DNA from: Rhodospirillaceae bacterium
Lineage (GTDB): Bacteria; Pseudomonadota; Alphaproteobacteria; SHVP01
Direction: 5' to 3'
Length of the DNA: 64,000 nucleotides
NCBI GenBank assembly: GCA_002722055.1
Contig: PBKD01000004.1
Location: forward strand, 7,049 to 71,048
Part shown: one piece after another, positions 9,487-20,123 of the stretch
Position numbering within the stretch: the first letter of the stretch is position 1
Layout: every line of letters begins with the position of its first letter
Position numbers and translations under genes: made by a program
The notes under the pieces: generated by a model
Seen by the model: the letters and a program-made list of their open reading frames with translations, nothing else
The model's database searches: none
What the model was told of the DNA's origin: nothing

Positions 9487-10467
9487 ATGAAAAAAATTCA
9501 AAGAATTGAAAAAATAAAAATTAATTCTATAAAAAATAGTAAAAGACTAGATGCTTTTCTTGCAATGAGCTTACCAGATCTTTCAAGAAATAAAATAAAA
9601 AAACTAATTTTAGAGGGAAATGTATCAAATAATAAGGAGAAAATAACTGACCCTAATCATAATATTAATGAGGGCGAAATATATGAGATTATTATTCCCG
9701 AACCAGAAATAAGTAATATTAAGCCCCAAATAAAAAACCTTGATATTTTCTTTGAAGATGATGACTTAATTGTAATAAATAAACCTGCTGGTTTGGTAGT
9801 ACACCCTGCGCCTGGTAATTATGAAGGAACTCTTGTAAATGCTTTATTAGCACATTGTGGTAATTCCTTGTCTGGAATCGGAGGAGTTATAAGGCCAGGT
9901 ATAGTCCACAGACTTGATAAGGATACAAGTGGTTTATTAGTGATCGCTAAAAACGACTTTGCTCACATAGAACTTTCGAGACAATTTAAGAAAAAAATTA
10001 TAAAAAGAATATATTTTGGTATTACTTGGGGTATTTTAAATAGTCAGTCTGGAGAGATAAAAAATTATATAGGTAGAAACCCAAACAATAGAAAAAAAAT
10101 GGCTATTGTAAACTCTTCAAAGGGTAAACTTGCAATAACAAAATATACTGTATTAAAGAATTATGGGAGTCTGGCTTCAGAATTACATTTTAAATTATCA
10201 ACAGGCAGAACACATCAAATAAGAGTACATTTTTCCTCTAATAAGAATCCTTTAATTGGAGATAAGACATATGGAAATTCTCAAAAGTTACAGAAAATAA
10301 TTAATCAAGAAATATTAGAAAAAAAAATAATTAATAGACAGGCTTTACACGCCGTCAAACTTTGCTTTGAACACCCAAGAAGTAAAGAAAAAATGGAATT
10401 TGAAAGTAATTTACCTAATGATATCAATAATTTAAGGGACTTTCTTTCAAAAAAAATAGCTATTTGA
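9487..10467 (+). CDS. rluD: 23S rRNA pseudouridine synthase RluD
   Basis: N-terminal S4 domain, NKPAGLVVHP, VHRLDKDTSG, TGRTHQIRVH and RQALHA. Confidence 0.95.
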   Translation: MKKIQRIEKIKINSIKNSKRLDAFLAMSLPDLSRNKIKKLILEGNVSNNKEKITDPNHNINEGEIYEIIIPEPEISNIKPQIKNLDIFFEDDDLIVINKPAGLVVHPAPGNYEGTLVNALLAHCGNSLSGIGGVIRPGIVHRLDKDTSGLLVIAKNDFAHIELSRQFKKKIIKRIYFGITWGILNSQSGEIKNYIGRNPNNRKKMAIVNSSKGKLAITKYTVLKNYGSLASELHFKLSTGRTHQIRVHFSSNKNPLIGDKTYGNSQKLQKIINQEILEKKIINRQALHAVKLCFEHPRSKEKMEFESNLPNDINNLRDFLSKKIAI

Positions 10468-10510
10468 ATTTTTTTTATGCTTGAAAAAATCTCAGAATTA
10501 GATAAAAAAA

Positions 10511-10540
10511 CTGGAAATTAATTATTAAGTAACTACATAT
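10511..10540 (+). promoter_or_regulatory. Candidate RpoH-type promoter upstream of rpoH
   Basis: CTGGAA-N16-CTACATAT resembles the alphaproteobacterial RpoH consensus CTTGAA-N15/16-CCTATAT. Confidence 0.35.
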
Positions 10541-10615
10541 AGAGTATATTAGTGATCCAAACCCAGATTTGTTCGTATAAAAAGGTAGATAACATTACAG
10601 AACCTAAGGATTAAT

Positions 10616-11506
10616 ATGGCATCAAATATTCCAAGTGTATCAAATGATGGAGATCTTTCATCTTATTTGAGAGCAATTAGAAAGTTCCCAATGCTTTCTA
10701 TTGATGAAGAATTTACACTTGCTAAAAGACTGCAAGATGATGGGGACACTGACGCTGCTCATAAACTCGTAACAAGTCATTTAAGATTAGTTGCTAAAAT
10801 AGCAATGGGTTACAGAGGTTATGGTCTACCACTGAGCGAACTTATATCTGAAGGTAATATTGGCATGATGCAAGCAGTTAAAAAATTTGACCCTGATAAA
10901 GGTTTCAGACTTGCAACTTATGCTATGTGGTGGATACGGGCCTCAATTCAAGAATATATCCTTCACTCGTGGTCATTAGTTAAAATGGGAACCACTGCTG
11001 CTCAAAAGAAACTCTTTTTTAATCTAAAGAAATTAAAGGGCCAGATAAATGCCATGGAGGAAGGCGACCTCCATCCAAATAACCTTAACAAAATTGCAGA
11101 TACACTCAATGTTTCAAAGCAAGAAGTTATTAATATGAATAGAAGGTTATCCTCAGGTGATCGTTCTTTAAATACCCCCATGCATTTAGATTCTGATGGT
11201 GATTGGATAGACTGGCTTGAAGATGACTCTCCAAATCAAGAAACAATTGTCTCAGAAAAAGACGAATTCGATAAAAGATATGCTGTACTTAAAGATTCAA
11301 TGGATATCCTTAACGAAAGAGAAAGAAGAATAATTTTTCACAGAAGACTTACCGATGAACCCCTCACTCTTGAACAACTTTCAGAAGAATATAACATCAG
11401 CAGGGAACGCGTAAGACAAATCGAAGTTAGAGCCTTCGAAAAACTTCAAGAGGCTGTTAAAAAATCATACCAGGCCAACAATTTAATTGAGAACAGCTCG
11501 ATTTAG
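10616..11506 (+). CDS. rpoH: Heat-shock sigma factor sigma-32
   Basis: LVTSHLRLV, YAMWWIRA, RpoH box QKKLFFNL and ISRERVRQIE. Confidence 0.97.
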   Translation: MASNIPSVSNDGDLSSYLRAIRKFPMLSIDEEFTLAKRLQDDGDTDAAHKLVTSHLRLVAKIAMGYRGYGLPLSELISEGNIGMMQAVKKFDPDKGFRLATYAMWWIRASIQEYILHSWSLVKMGTTAAQKKLFFNLKKLKGQINAMEEGDLHPNNLNKIADTLNVSKQEVINMNRRLSSGDRSLNTPMHLDSDGDWIDWLEDDSPNQETIVSEKDEFDKRYAVLKDSMDILNERERRIIFHRRLTDEPLTLEQLSEEYNISRERVRQIEVRAFEKLQEAVKKSYQANNLIENSSI

Positions 11507-12798
11507 ATTTCATCAAATGGATTTCTTTTAACTATTGTGTCTTCTCTCTCTGGACTGGTAGTAATAATATCTACATCTACACCAATTTGTTTCTCAAGAA
11601 ACTGAATATATTCTTTTGCCTCCCTAGGCAAATCTAACCAATTTCTTATTCCCCTCACACTTGTTTTCCAACCTCTAATACTTTCATAAACTGGTTCAAC
11701 TTCTGACTGTTCACTAATTGAGCTTGGAATATAATCAATAAATTTATTTCCAATCTTATATTTGATACAAATCTTGATTTCATCAAAACCGTCTAAAACA
11801 TCCAGTTTAGTTAGCGCTAAACCTTTTATCCCACTTATTTGGGCCACTTGCTTTACTAGCACTGAGTCGAACCATCCACATCTTCTTGGCCTTCCAGTTA
11901 CTGTTCCTATTTCGTTACCTCTTTTAGCCAATTGATCAAAATTTTTATCGAATAATTCGGAGGGAAAAGGGCCAGATCCGACTCTTGTAGTATAGGCTTT
12001 AGTAATACCTAAAATATAGTTTAAATGTTGGGGGCCAATACCAGAACCAATTGATGCATACCCAGCTAATGTATTTGAGGAAGTTACATATGGATAGGTT
12101 CCATGATCAAGATCTAATAGAGCTCCTTGAGCGCCTTCAAATAATATTTTCTTTTTTTGGTAAATTGAATTTCGTAATTCTTGCCATACTGGGCTTATAT
12201 GACCTTTAATTTTTGAAAAAATATTCATAATATCTTTGTATATATTTTCTTTATCAATTGGATTAACTCCAAAGTAAGATCTCAAAGGATCATGATGTAA
12301 CGCCATTAAATCAACTCTATTTTTTACAGTTTTAGGGTCTTTTAAATCTCCAAGTCTGATGGATCTTCTTCCAACTTTATCCTCATAAGCAGGCCCAATA
12401 CCTCTTCTTGTTGTTCCCAGGTTATTTTTTGGACTAGAGTCCTCTCTCATTGCATCTAGCTCTTTATGAAAAGGTAAAATTAAAGTTGCAGTATCAGAAA
12501 TCTTTAAATTTTCTGGTGTTATGGTTACTCCTTCAGATTGCAATGAATGTATCTCTTCAACTAGTTTCCAGGGGTCTAATACCACTCCATTACCTATAAT
12601 ACATAACTTACCAGGTCTTACTATTCCTGAGGGAAGTAAACTTAATTTATAAGTTACATCGTCAATAACTAGAGTATGACCAGCATTGTGACCACCTTGA
12701 AATCTTACAACAATATCTGCTTGACTGGACAACCAATCAACTAATTTACCTTTACCCTCATCACCCCATTGAGAACCTATAACAACAACATTTACCAT
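11503..12798 (-). CDS. purA: Adenylosuccinate synthetase
   Basis: QWGDEGKGK, GGHNAGHT, GIGPAY and GRPRRCGWFD. Confidence 0.98.
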   Translation of the reverse strand: MVNVVVIGSQWGDEGKGKLVDWLSSQADIVVRFQGGHNAGHTLVIDDVTYKLSLLPSGIVRPGKLCIIGNGVVLDPWKLVEEIHSLQSEGVTITPENLKISDTATLILPFHKELDAMREDSSPKNNLGTTRRGIGPAYEDKVGRRSIRLGDLKDPKTVKNRVDLMALHHDPLRSYFGVNPIDKENIYKDIMNIFSKIKGHISPVWQELRNSIYQKKKILFEGAQGALLDLDHGTYPYVTSSNTLAGYASIGSGIGPQHLNYILGITKAYTTRVGSGPFPSELFDKNFDQLAKRGNEIGTVTGRPRRCGWFDSVLVKQVAQISGIKGLALTKLDVLDGFDEIKICIKYKIGNKFIDYIPSSISEQSEVEPVYESIRGWKTSVRGIRNWLDLPREAKEYIQFLEKQIGVDVDIITTSPEREDTIVKRNPFDEI

Positions 12799-12802
12799 TA
12801 AA

Positions 12803-13969
12803 CTACTCCAGAATTTTTCTTAATTGGAGCAACGACTTTGGCTCTTTATTAAAAAATACATATTCACATCTATGTCTTTCAGCATCATCTAGTATACTTT
12901 GAGTTTCTTGAAAAAGTATTACTGTTAACCAGCCTTTATCTCTTAAGTCTTTCGCCTGTTTATAAGTGGTGTCTTCAGGAAGAAGAATTCTTTTGCTATT
13001 ATTTTTAGTATTAGTAGCAGAAATTTTTAATAATGAATCAAGGTAAATACTAAATCCTACGGCATTTTCATCATTTGCAGTCTGATATCTGCCGCCTTTG
13101 CCTAACTCAAATTTAGCAAGTGGCGAATACAGGGTGAAACCTATACCAGTATGATATTCAAAACCATTATATTCAGATAAATCTATAGTAATAGTAACAT
13201 CTGGAAGTAACTTCTTAATTCCTTGATAAACATCATTTATATACAAAATTAATTCTTTAGCTTTACTATTAAGCTTTAATGAATTTAATGTATTCAATGC
13301 TTTTTCAACAGGACCGATTGAGTTTAATATAACTTCAAAGATATCAGTCTTTTTTGAAAGCTCTAATTTTTTTAATGACAACAAATCTTTTTTATCTAAA
13401 AATTCTCTTATCATAGCTGATTCTTTTCCAGGAAATTCTAAATCATCTAAAATTGCTCCTATAAATGTTGGAAGAGTCAAATCAATAGAAATTTTAGGCA
13501 CATCTACTTTTTTAAGCGACTCTACTGCTAAAGCAATTACTTCAACATCTGCTTTAAAACTTTTTTCTCCTATTAATTCAAAACCTGTTTGGGTAAATTG
13601 TCTTTCTGGTCTAACCTGTGATGTTTTAAGCCTTAAAATATCTCCAGAATAAGATAACCTGAGCGGTCTTGCTAATTTAGAAAGATGAGATGAAACAATA
13701 CGCGAAATTTGAATAGTAATATCAGACCTTAAACATAAAGTTTTTTGTGTCTTTGGATCTATAAGTTTAAACATATTTTCTTCAATTTTATTACTAAGAT
13801 TATCTAAAATACTATCTTCATTCTCAATTAGTGGAGGTTTTACAATTTCATAACCTGATTTTCGAAAATTATCTAGCAAGCTAGCAACCAATTGAGACTC
13901 AGCTAAAGCTTCATCAATTAGTAAATCTTTAAACCCTTCAGGAAGTAGAATATTATTTTTTTTAGTCAT
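12803..13969 (-). CDS. hisZ: ATP phosphoribosyltransferase regulatory subunit
   Basis: HisRS-like motifs LPEGFKDLL, LRSDIT.QI.R, QTGFEL, YHTGIGF and GGRY; located between serA and purA. Confidence 0.9.
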   Translation of the reverse strand: MTKKNNILLPEGFKDLLIDEALAESQLVASLLDNFRKSGYEIVKPPLIENEDSILDNLSNKIEENMFKLIDPKTQKTLCLRSDITIQISRIVSSHLSKLARPLRLSYSGDILRLKTSQVRPERQFTQTGFELIGEKSFKADVEVIALAVESLKKVDVPKISIDLTLPTFIGAILDDLEFPGKESAMIREFLDKKDLLSLKKLELSKKTDIFEVILNSIGPVEKALNTLNSLKLNSKAKELILYINDVYQGIKKLLPDVTITIDLSEYNGFEYHTGIGFTLYSPLAKFELGKGGRYQTANDENAVGFSIYLDSLLKISATNTKNNSKRILLPEDTTYKQAKDLRDKGWLTVILFQETQSILDDAERHRCEYVFFNKEPKSLLQLRKILE

Positions 13970-14009
13970 AATTTATCTTATAACAAACAACAATTATAAA
14001 GAAATTAAT

Positions 14010-15590
14010 TTAATTAAAATTTATAGAAATTGCTGAATTTACCAACGAGAGTGATTTAATTTCATTTAGTGTGGTCCCATCTATTGGGGCATCAATAGAT
14101 ATTAATGACATTGCCTTTCCCCCTGCCATTTGTCTGCCAAGTTGAAAAGTTGCAATATTTACTCCCGCTTCTCCTAAAATTCCTCCCAGTAAACCAACAA
14201 AACCTGGTTGGTCATCATTAGTAACTAATAACATATTTTTTGATAATTCAGCTTCAATTCTTATTCCATTTACTTCTACAACACGTGGAATTCCATTCTC
14301 AAATACAACCCCTTCAACTGAATTTCTTATTCCATTGCCCTCAACAATAAGTTTTATTGTAGAGCGATACTGTTGTGAGTTTTCATTGATGGTTTCAATT
14401 ATTTCTACACCTCTCTCACGTATAATAGAGGGAGCATTTACCATATTTATTGAATCCATCCCATATTTAAATACACCTTCCAAGGCTACTGAAGTAAGAG
14501 GATGAATATTCAAAGATGCTACTTTACCATTAAACTCCATAAAAAACTTTTTTACTTCAAAATCTGTTAGCTGACCTAGAAAACTACTTATTTGCCTTAC
14601 TAGTTCAAGAAATGGTTTAAGTTTTGGAGCATCTTCTCTTGAAATAGAGGGCATATTAAGAGCATTCTCTATTGAACCCTCTAACAAGTAGTCTGAAATC
14701 TGTTCAGCTACCTGTATAGATACGTTCTCTTGAGCTTCCAAGGTAGACGCACCTAAATGCGGGGTAACAATAACTTTTTCATGGCCAAACAAAATGTTTT
14801 TGTGAGCAGGTTCATCAGCAAATACATCAAGAGCTACACCAGCAATTTTACCTTCATTTAAACCATTTAGCAGGTCTCTCTCATCAATTAAACCACCTCT
14901 TGCGCAATTTACAATGTAAATGCCTTTTTTCATTTTATTAATTGATTCTTTATTTATAATATTTTTTGTTGTATCAGTAAATGGAGTATGTAAAGAAATA
15001 TAATCTGAGGATCTAAGAAGTTCATCAAAGTCTACTTTTGTTACACCTATCTCCTTTGCAGATTCATCCGATAGAAACGGGTCATAAGCCATAACCTTAA
15101 TTTTTAGACCTATGGCTCTATTAGCAACTATTGAACCAATTCTACCACAACCAATAAGACCCAAAGTTTTTCCAAAAAGCTCAGAACCCATAAACTTACT
15201 TTTTTCCCACTTCCCTGAATGAGTTGATTCACTTGCTTGAGGTATTTTTCTAGCTAGGGAAAAAATTAGGGCTATAGCATGCTCTGCTGTTGTTATCGAG
15301 TTACCAAATGGTGTGTTCATAACTATTACACCTTTTTTAGATGCAACTTTGATATCTATATTATCAACACCTATCCCTGCTCTTCCTACAACTTTAAGAT
15401 TTTTAGCTGCTTCAATAATTTTTTTATTCACTTTAGTGCTTGATCTCACTACCAAGGCATTATAGCTCTTAATTTCTTTAACTAGATCTTCTTCACTTAA
15501 ATTTGTTTTTACATCAACATCTATACCCCTAGATAAAAAAATTTCTTTAGCATGAGTACTGAGCGAGTCAGATATTAATACATTTACCAT
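14010..15590 (-). CDS. serA: D-3-phosphoglycerate dehydrogenase
   Basis: GRAGIGVDN, NCARGG, TPHLGAST and a C-terminal ACT domain. Confidence 0.97.
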   Translation of the reverse strand: MVNVLISDSLSTHAKEIFLSRGIDVDVKTNLSEEDLVKEIKSYNALVVRSSTKVNKKIIEAAKNLKVVGRAGIGVDNIDIKVASKKGVIVMNTPFGNSITTAEHAIALIFSLARKIPQASESTHSGKWEKSKFMGSELFGKTLGLIGCGRIGSIVANRAIGLKIKVMAYDPFLSDESAKEIGVTKVDFDELLRSSDYISLHTPFTDTTKNIINKESINKMKKGIYIVNCARGGLIDERDLLNGLNEGKIAGVALDVFADEPAHKNILFGHEKVIVTPHLGASTLEAQENVSIQVAEQISDYLLEGSIENALNMPSISREDAPKLKPFLELVRQISSFLGQLTDFEVKKFFMEFNGKVASLNIHPLTSVALEGVFKYGMDSINMVNAPSIIRERGVEIIETINENSQQYRSTIKLIVEGNGIRNSVEGVVFENGIPRVVEVNGIRIEAELSKNMLLVTNDDQPGFVGLLGGILGEAGVNIATFQLGRQMAGGKAMSLISIDAPIDGTTLNEIKSLSLVNSAISINFN

Positions 15591-15595
15591 ATTAA

Positions 15596-16762
15596 CTACT
15601 TTCTATTATTTTTTAATTTGTTAAAAACCCATTCTAGCCAAGGAAGTAATGCAGAAATATCTTTTGTCTCTACAGTAGATCCACACCATATTCTTAAACC
15701 TAATGGAGCATCTCTGTAAGAATGAATATCATATGCAACGTTACAATCCTCTAACATATTCACCATCTCTGATACAAATTTAGACTGAGAGTCACTACCT
15801 AAAGAAAGAAACCATTTATCTACAATTTTCAGACAGACTGAAGTTTTAGATCTATATCTAGATGTTGTAGCCAAAAAATCAACCCATGCTGTATTTCTAA
15901 CCCAATCCTCAATAATCTCAAAATTCCTACTGGTTCTATTTATTAATTCTGGCAAGCCACCTATTTGTCTAACCCAATTTAAAGTATCTAATAAATCTTC
16001 AATACATAACATTGATGGTGTATTTATTGTTGAACCAGAAAATATACCTCTGTTTAACTTACTACCTTTTTTTATACGAAAAAGTTTAGGTATTGGCCAT
16101 TTAGGTGTATAGCTTTCTATTCTATCTATAGCTCTAGGACTTAGTATTAATACACCATGACCTCCTTCACCACCTAAAACTTTTTGCCACGAATAGGTTG
16201 CAACATCAATTTTTTCCCACGGTATTTCTAAAGAAAAAACTGCTGAAGTTGCATCACAAATAGTTAAACCTTTTCTAGTTTCAGGTATCCAATCACCATC
16301 AGGCACACAAACTCCAGAAGTAGTTCCATTCCATGTGAAAACAATATCATTTTCAAAGTTTAATTCCTTTAGATCTGGTAAATTGCCATATTCAACTATA
16401 TGGGTCTTGCATTCCCTAAGTTTTAGTTCATCTACGATATCTTTGACCCAATCCTTTCCAAAACTTTCCCATGCTAATACCTCAGTTTTATTCTTTCCAA
16501 GCAAAGACCATAGGGCTATTTCCATAGCTCCAGTATCAGAACCAGGCACAATACCTAATTCATAGCCCTTTGGAAGTGATAAAATTTCTTTTGATATTTC
16601 AATTGCAGACTTAATTTTGCTTAAAGCCAAAACTGACCTATGCGACCTGCCGAGACTATCTAAATTAATATTGTTAATTGACCAACCTGGCCTTTTATTA
16701 CATGGTCCTGAAGAGAATTTTGGGTTTAATGGCTTCATAATTGGCTTTACAAGTTTATCCAT
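15596..16762 (-). CDS. serC: Phosphoserine aminotransferase (Methanosarcina/alphaproteobacterial type)
   Basis: FSSGPC, GRSHRS, WNGTTSG, SWQK and TINTPSML. Confidence 0.95.
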   Translation of the reverse strand: MDKLVKPIMKPLNPKFSSGPCNKRPGWSINNINLDSLGRSHRSVLALSKIKSAIEISKEILSLPKGYELGIVPGSDTGAMEIALWSLLGKNKTEVLAWESFGKDWVKDIVDELKLRECKTHIVEYGNLPDLKELNFENDIVFTWNGTTSGVCVPDGDWIPETRKGLTICDATSAVFSLEIPWEKIDVATYSWQKVLGGEGGHGVLILSPRAIDRIESYTPKWPIPKLFRIKKGSKLNRGIFSGSTINTPSMLCIEDLLDTLNWVRQIGGLPELINRTSRNFEIIEDWVRNTAWVDFLATTSRYRSKTSVCLKIVDKWFLSLGSDSQSKFVSEMVNMLEDCNVAYDIHSYRDAPLGLRIWCGSTVETKDISALLPWLEWVFNKLKNNRK

Positions 16763-16842
16763 ATACCACTCTCCAAACTAAGCATTTAATCCAAAATAGA
16801 TAATAATCACACACTTCAATCGAGACAAATAAATTTATAACT

Positions 16843-17643
16843 TTAAGCTAGAGGCTCGATAGAATGAACATGATTTAGAGGACCATAACCTCTACCAATA
16901 CCTGGTGCGTTTTTAATTGCTTTGTTAACATATTCATGGGCTATTGCAACAGCTTTTTTTATTTCATATCCTCTAGATAGACCGGACGCAATAGCAGCTG
17001 ATAGCGTGCACCCTGTTCCATGTGTGTTCCTGGTATTGATTCTATCTGTTTCAAAAATATCAATATTATTTTCTTGAATTAAATAATCCCTTACGATTTG
17101 ACTGTTACTATGCCCTCCCTTCATTAAGACAGCAGACGGCCCCATAGCTAAAATTAATTCCCCTGCTCTAACTATTTCTTTTTCAGAAATAATTCTCATT
17201 TCACTAATAATTTCTGCCTCAGGAATATTTGGTGTGACTATTGTAGCACGAGGTATTAAATTATTTATCAATGACTTCCTTGCATCCTCAGTTAAAAGAT
17301 CATCACCACTTTTTGCAACCATAACTGGATCAATTACTAAAGGACATACTAAAGAATTTTCAATGATTTTTTTAGAAATAAGATTCACTATATTTGTCTT
17401 ATGGAGCATTCCAATTTTAATTGTATCAACTTTTATATCTTCAAGCACACAGTCAATTTGAGTCGAAATAAAGTCTAATGGTACTTCTAATATTGATTTT
17501 ACTCCAGTTGTATTTTGGGCAACTAATGCAGTTACTACAGATAACGCATAACATTTAAATGCTGTGATAGTTTTGATATCAGCTTGAATTCCTGCGCCCC
17601 CAGAAGGGTCTGTTCCAGCAATACTTAGGACTTTGCTAATCAT
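16843..17643 (-). CDS. thiD: Hydroxymethylpyrimidine/phosphomethylpyrimidine kinase
   Basis: AGTDPSGGAGIQAD, DPVM, TPNIPEAE and THGTGCTL. Confidence 0.97.
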   Translation of the reverse strand: MISKVLSIAGTDPSGGAGIQADIKTITAFKCYALSVVTALVAQNTTGVKSILEVPLDFISTQIDCVLEDIKVDTIKIGMLHKTNIVNLISKKIIENSLVCPLVIDPVMVAKSGDDLLTEDARKSLINNLIPRATIVTPNIPEAEIISEMRIISEKEIVRAGELILAMGPSAVLMKGGHSNSQIVRDYLIQENNIDIFETDRINTRNTHGTGCTLSAAIASGLSRGYEIKKAVAIAHEYVNKAIKNAPGIGRGYGPLNHVHSIEPLA

Positions 17644-17645
17644 GG

Positions 17646-18995
17646 CTAATTAACTTTTTGAAAAGATTTTTCAATAGAATGAATAGCTTCTTTGATTGAC
17701 TTAGTATCAGTTCCCTCTGCCATTATTCTAATTAACGGTTCAGTTCCAGATTGCCTTACTAAGATTCTTCCTGAGGAACCAAGCTGTTTATTATGATAAT
17801 CGATAGTTTCTTTTACAATCTCGCTTTCAATAGAGTTTGATGCCGAAGAGTCAATATTTCTTAAAATTTGAGGAAACAATTTAAATGGATGGAATATCTC
17901 ACTGGATTTTTTATTCTCATGTAACATGATTGATAATAACTTAATTGCAGCTAACAAACCATCACCTGTAGTTGAATTATCTAAAAAAATTATATGGCCT
18001 GATTTTTCAGCACCAAAGTTTGTATCAAAACTAATCATTTTCTCCAAAACATACTTATCACCTACTTCTGATCTTAAAAGTTTTATACCTAATTTTTTTA
18101 AATATATTTCTAACCCCAAATTCGACATTGAAGTAGTAACTACATGATTTTTTCTTAATTCATTATTTTTTTTTAAATAGTTAACTATTGCACCAATTAA
18201 GTGATCGCCATCTACTAAGCAACCCTTTTCATCACAAACTATCAACCTATCTGCATCTCCGTCTAAAGCAAAACCAATATCAGCACCCTCTTCAAGGACT
18301 TTTCTTATCATTTTTTCTGGGCAGGTTGAGCCACATTGGTCATTGATATTTACCCCATTAGGCTTGTCATTAATCGAGACAACTGTAGCTCCTAACTCCC
18401 TTAAAACTTGAGGGGCAATTCTATAAGCGGCACCATTTGCAGAGTCAATTACAATTTTCATACCAGAAAGAGTCTTACCAGCTTTAAAATTTATCTTTAG
18501 ATTTTCAATATATCTTCCTACTCCACCCTCTAATCTCGTAGCTCTTCCAACTAAATCAGGATGAGAGAGTGAAACACCATCCATTATTCTTTTTTCTATT
18601 TCTAGTTCATCACTATCTGATATTTTATGACCATCAGAACCAAAAATTTTAATTCCGTTATCCTTATATAGGTTGTGAGATGCGGATATTATAACACCTA
18701 AGTTTGCTTCTAAACTATGAGTAAGCATTGCAACTGCTGGTGTAGGCATTGGCCCAACCATAATTACATCTGTACCTACAGAAGTAAAGCCAGATACCAG
18801 CGCAGATTCTAACATGTAACCAGATAACCTTGTGTCCTTACCAATAAGAACATTATTTTTACGACTATCATTTTGAAAATAGCTACCTAAAGACATACCT
18901 AATTTTAGAATTATTTCGGGTGTCATAGGAAATTTATTTACCTCGCCCCTAACTCCATCAGTTCCAAAAAATTTTTTTTTGTTTATTTTTGTCAT
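17646..18995 (-). CDS. glmM: Phosphoglucosamine mutase
   Basis: FGTDGVRG, SASHN, DGDADR and SGTEPLIR. Confidence 0.97.
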   Translation of the reverse strand: MTKINKKKFFGTDGVRGEVNKFPMTPEIILKLGMSLGSYFQNDSRKNNVLIGKDTRLSGYMLESALVSGFTSVGTDVIMVGPMPTPAVAMLTHSLEANLGVIISASHNLYKDNGIKIFGSDGHKISDSDELEIEKRIMDGVSLSHPDLVGRATRLEGGVGRYIENLKINFKAGKTLSGMKIVIDSANGAAYRIAPQVLRELGATVVSINDKPNGVNINDQCGSTCPEKMIRKVLEEGADIGFALDGDADRLIVCDEKGCLVDGDHLIGAIVNYLKKNNELRKNHVVTTSMSNLGLEIYLKKLGIKLLRSEVGDKYVLEKMISFDTNFGAEKSGHIIFLDNSTTGDGLLAAIKLLSIMLHENKKSSEIFHPFKLFPQILRNIDSSASNSIESEIVKETIDYHNKQLGSSGRILVRQSGTEPLIRIMAEGTDTKSIKEAIHSIEKSFQKVN

Positions 18996-19030
18996 AAAAA
19001 CTCATTAAAGAATAATTTTCAAAACTACTA

Positions 19031-20098
19031 TTAATTTTTAGTTTCAGCAATATGTGTCCAAATATTAAGAGCTTGCAAGGTTTGCTTTACATCATGCACC
19101 CTATACATCTGTACTCCCTGAGATAAGGACCATAGGACTGAAGCTATAGATCCTCCAAGACGATCTTCTTCCTTTTCCTTTTTACTCCACCTTCCAATAA
19201 AACTTTTACGAGACGAGCCAAGTAATATTGGACAACCAAAGCCATGAAAAATACTTATATGTTTCATTAAACGCCTTAGATGGTTATCATTTTTTCCAAA
19301 ACCTATACCTGGGTCAATTATAAGTCTAGATCTATCTATACCATGTTGCTCACAAAACTTTATTCTTTCCTCAAAATAATCAAATATATCTAAAATTACA
19401 TCATTATATTGGGGGTTTTCTTGCATAATTTTAGGAGCTCCCTGACTATGCATTAGTATGAGACCACATTTCGTTGAACTAATTTCTTTAACACTATCTT
19501 TATCATTTGAAAGAGACGTAATATCATTAATAATCTTAGCTCCAGCATTAATTGCATCTCGCATTATTTTAGACTTGTTTGTATCTACAGATATTAAAAA
19601 CCGATCAGAAAGATTTTCTATGACACTTATAACTCTTTTACGCTCTTCATTATATGATATTGATTCAGATCCAGGCCTAGTGGACTGCCCCCCTATATCT
19701 ATGATACTTGCTCCTTGTTTAGCTAAAATTTCTCCATGAATTATTGCATTCTTATGAAGATAGTATTCCCCACCATCAAAAAAACTATCCGGTGTTACAT
19801 TAACAACCCCCATAACGGTAGGAGAGCTAAATGAAACTCCATGCAAACTATCTCTTTTAGACAAAATCAGGTGGATTTTTTCTTCTATCTCACTTATTCT
19901 ATTATTGTTTTTAGCCCAATCAAGTAAATTTTTGTATGGTATATCACAAGTTAAAGTTTTAGAATTTTTCCTGATAAAAACTTTAAAATGTTCAAAATAA
20001 AGATTACTGCCTCCAAGCCTTAATTTACTATTGTTGCCTAAATTTAACGCTTGTGGTGCTATATAAATTTTATCATTAGGTAAAATATTTTTAAGCAA
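19031..20098 (-). CDS. folP: Dihydropteroate synthase with N-terminal extension
   Basis: VNVTPDSF, STRPG, DPGIGFGK, SRKSF and RVHDV; TTG start. Confidence 0.95.
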   Translation of the reverse strand: MLKNILPNDKIYIAPQALNLGNNSKLRLGGSNLYFEHFKVFIRKNSKTLTCDIPYKNLLDWAKNNNRISEIEEKIHLILSKRDSLHGVSFSSPTVMGVVNVTPDSFFDGGEYYLHKNAIIHGEILAKQGASIIDIGGQSTRPGSESISYNEERKRVISVIENLSDRFLISVDTNKSKIMRDAINAGAKIINDITSLSNDKDSVKEISSTKCGLILMHSQGAPKIMQENPQYNDVILDIFDYFEERIKFCEQHGIDRSRLIIDPGIGFGKNDNHLRRLMKHISIFHGFGCPILLGSSRKSFIGRWSKKEKEEDRLGGSIASVLWSLSQGVQMYRVHDVKQTLQALNIWTHIAETKN

Positions 20099-20123
20099 AG
20101 AGTTAATTTAGCTTCTAAAAAAT

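Noticed and set aside
16843..17643. TPP riboswitch near thiD or thiE
   Set aside because: Both genes are operon-internal with only 2 and 11 nt upstream gaps; no aptamer motif seen
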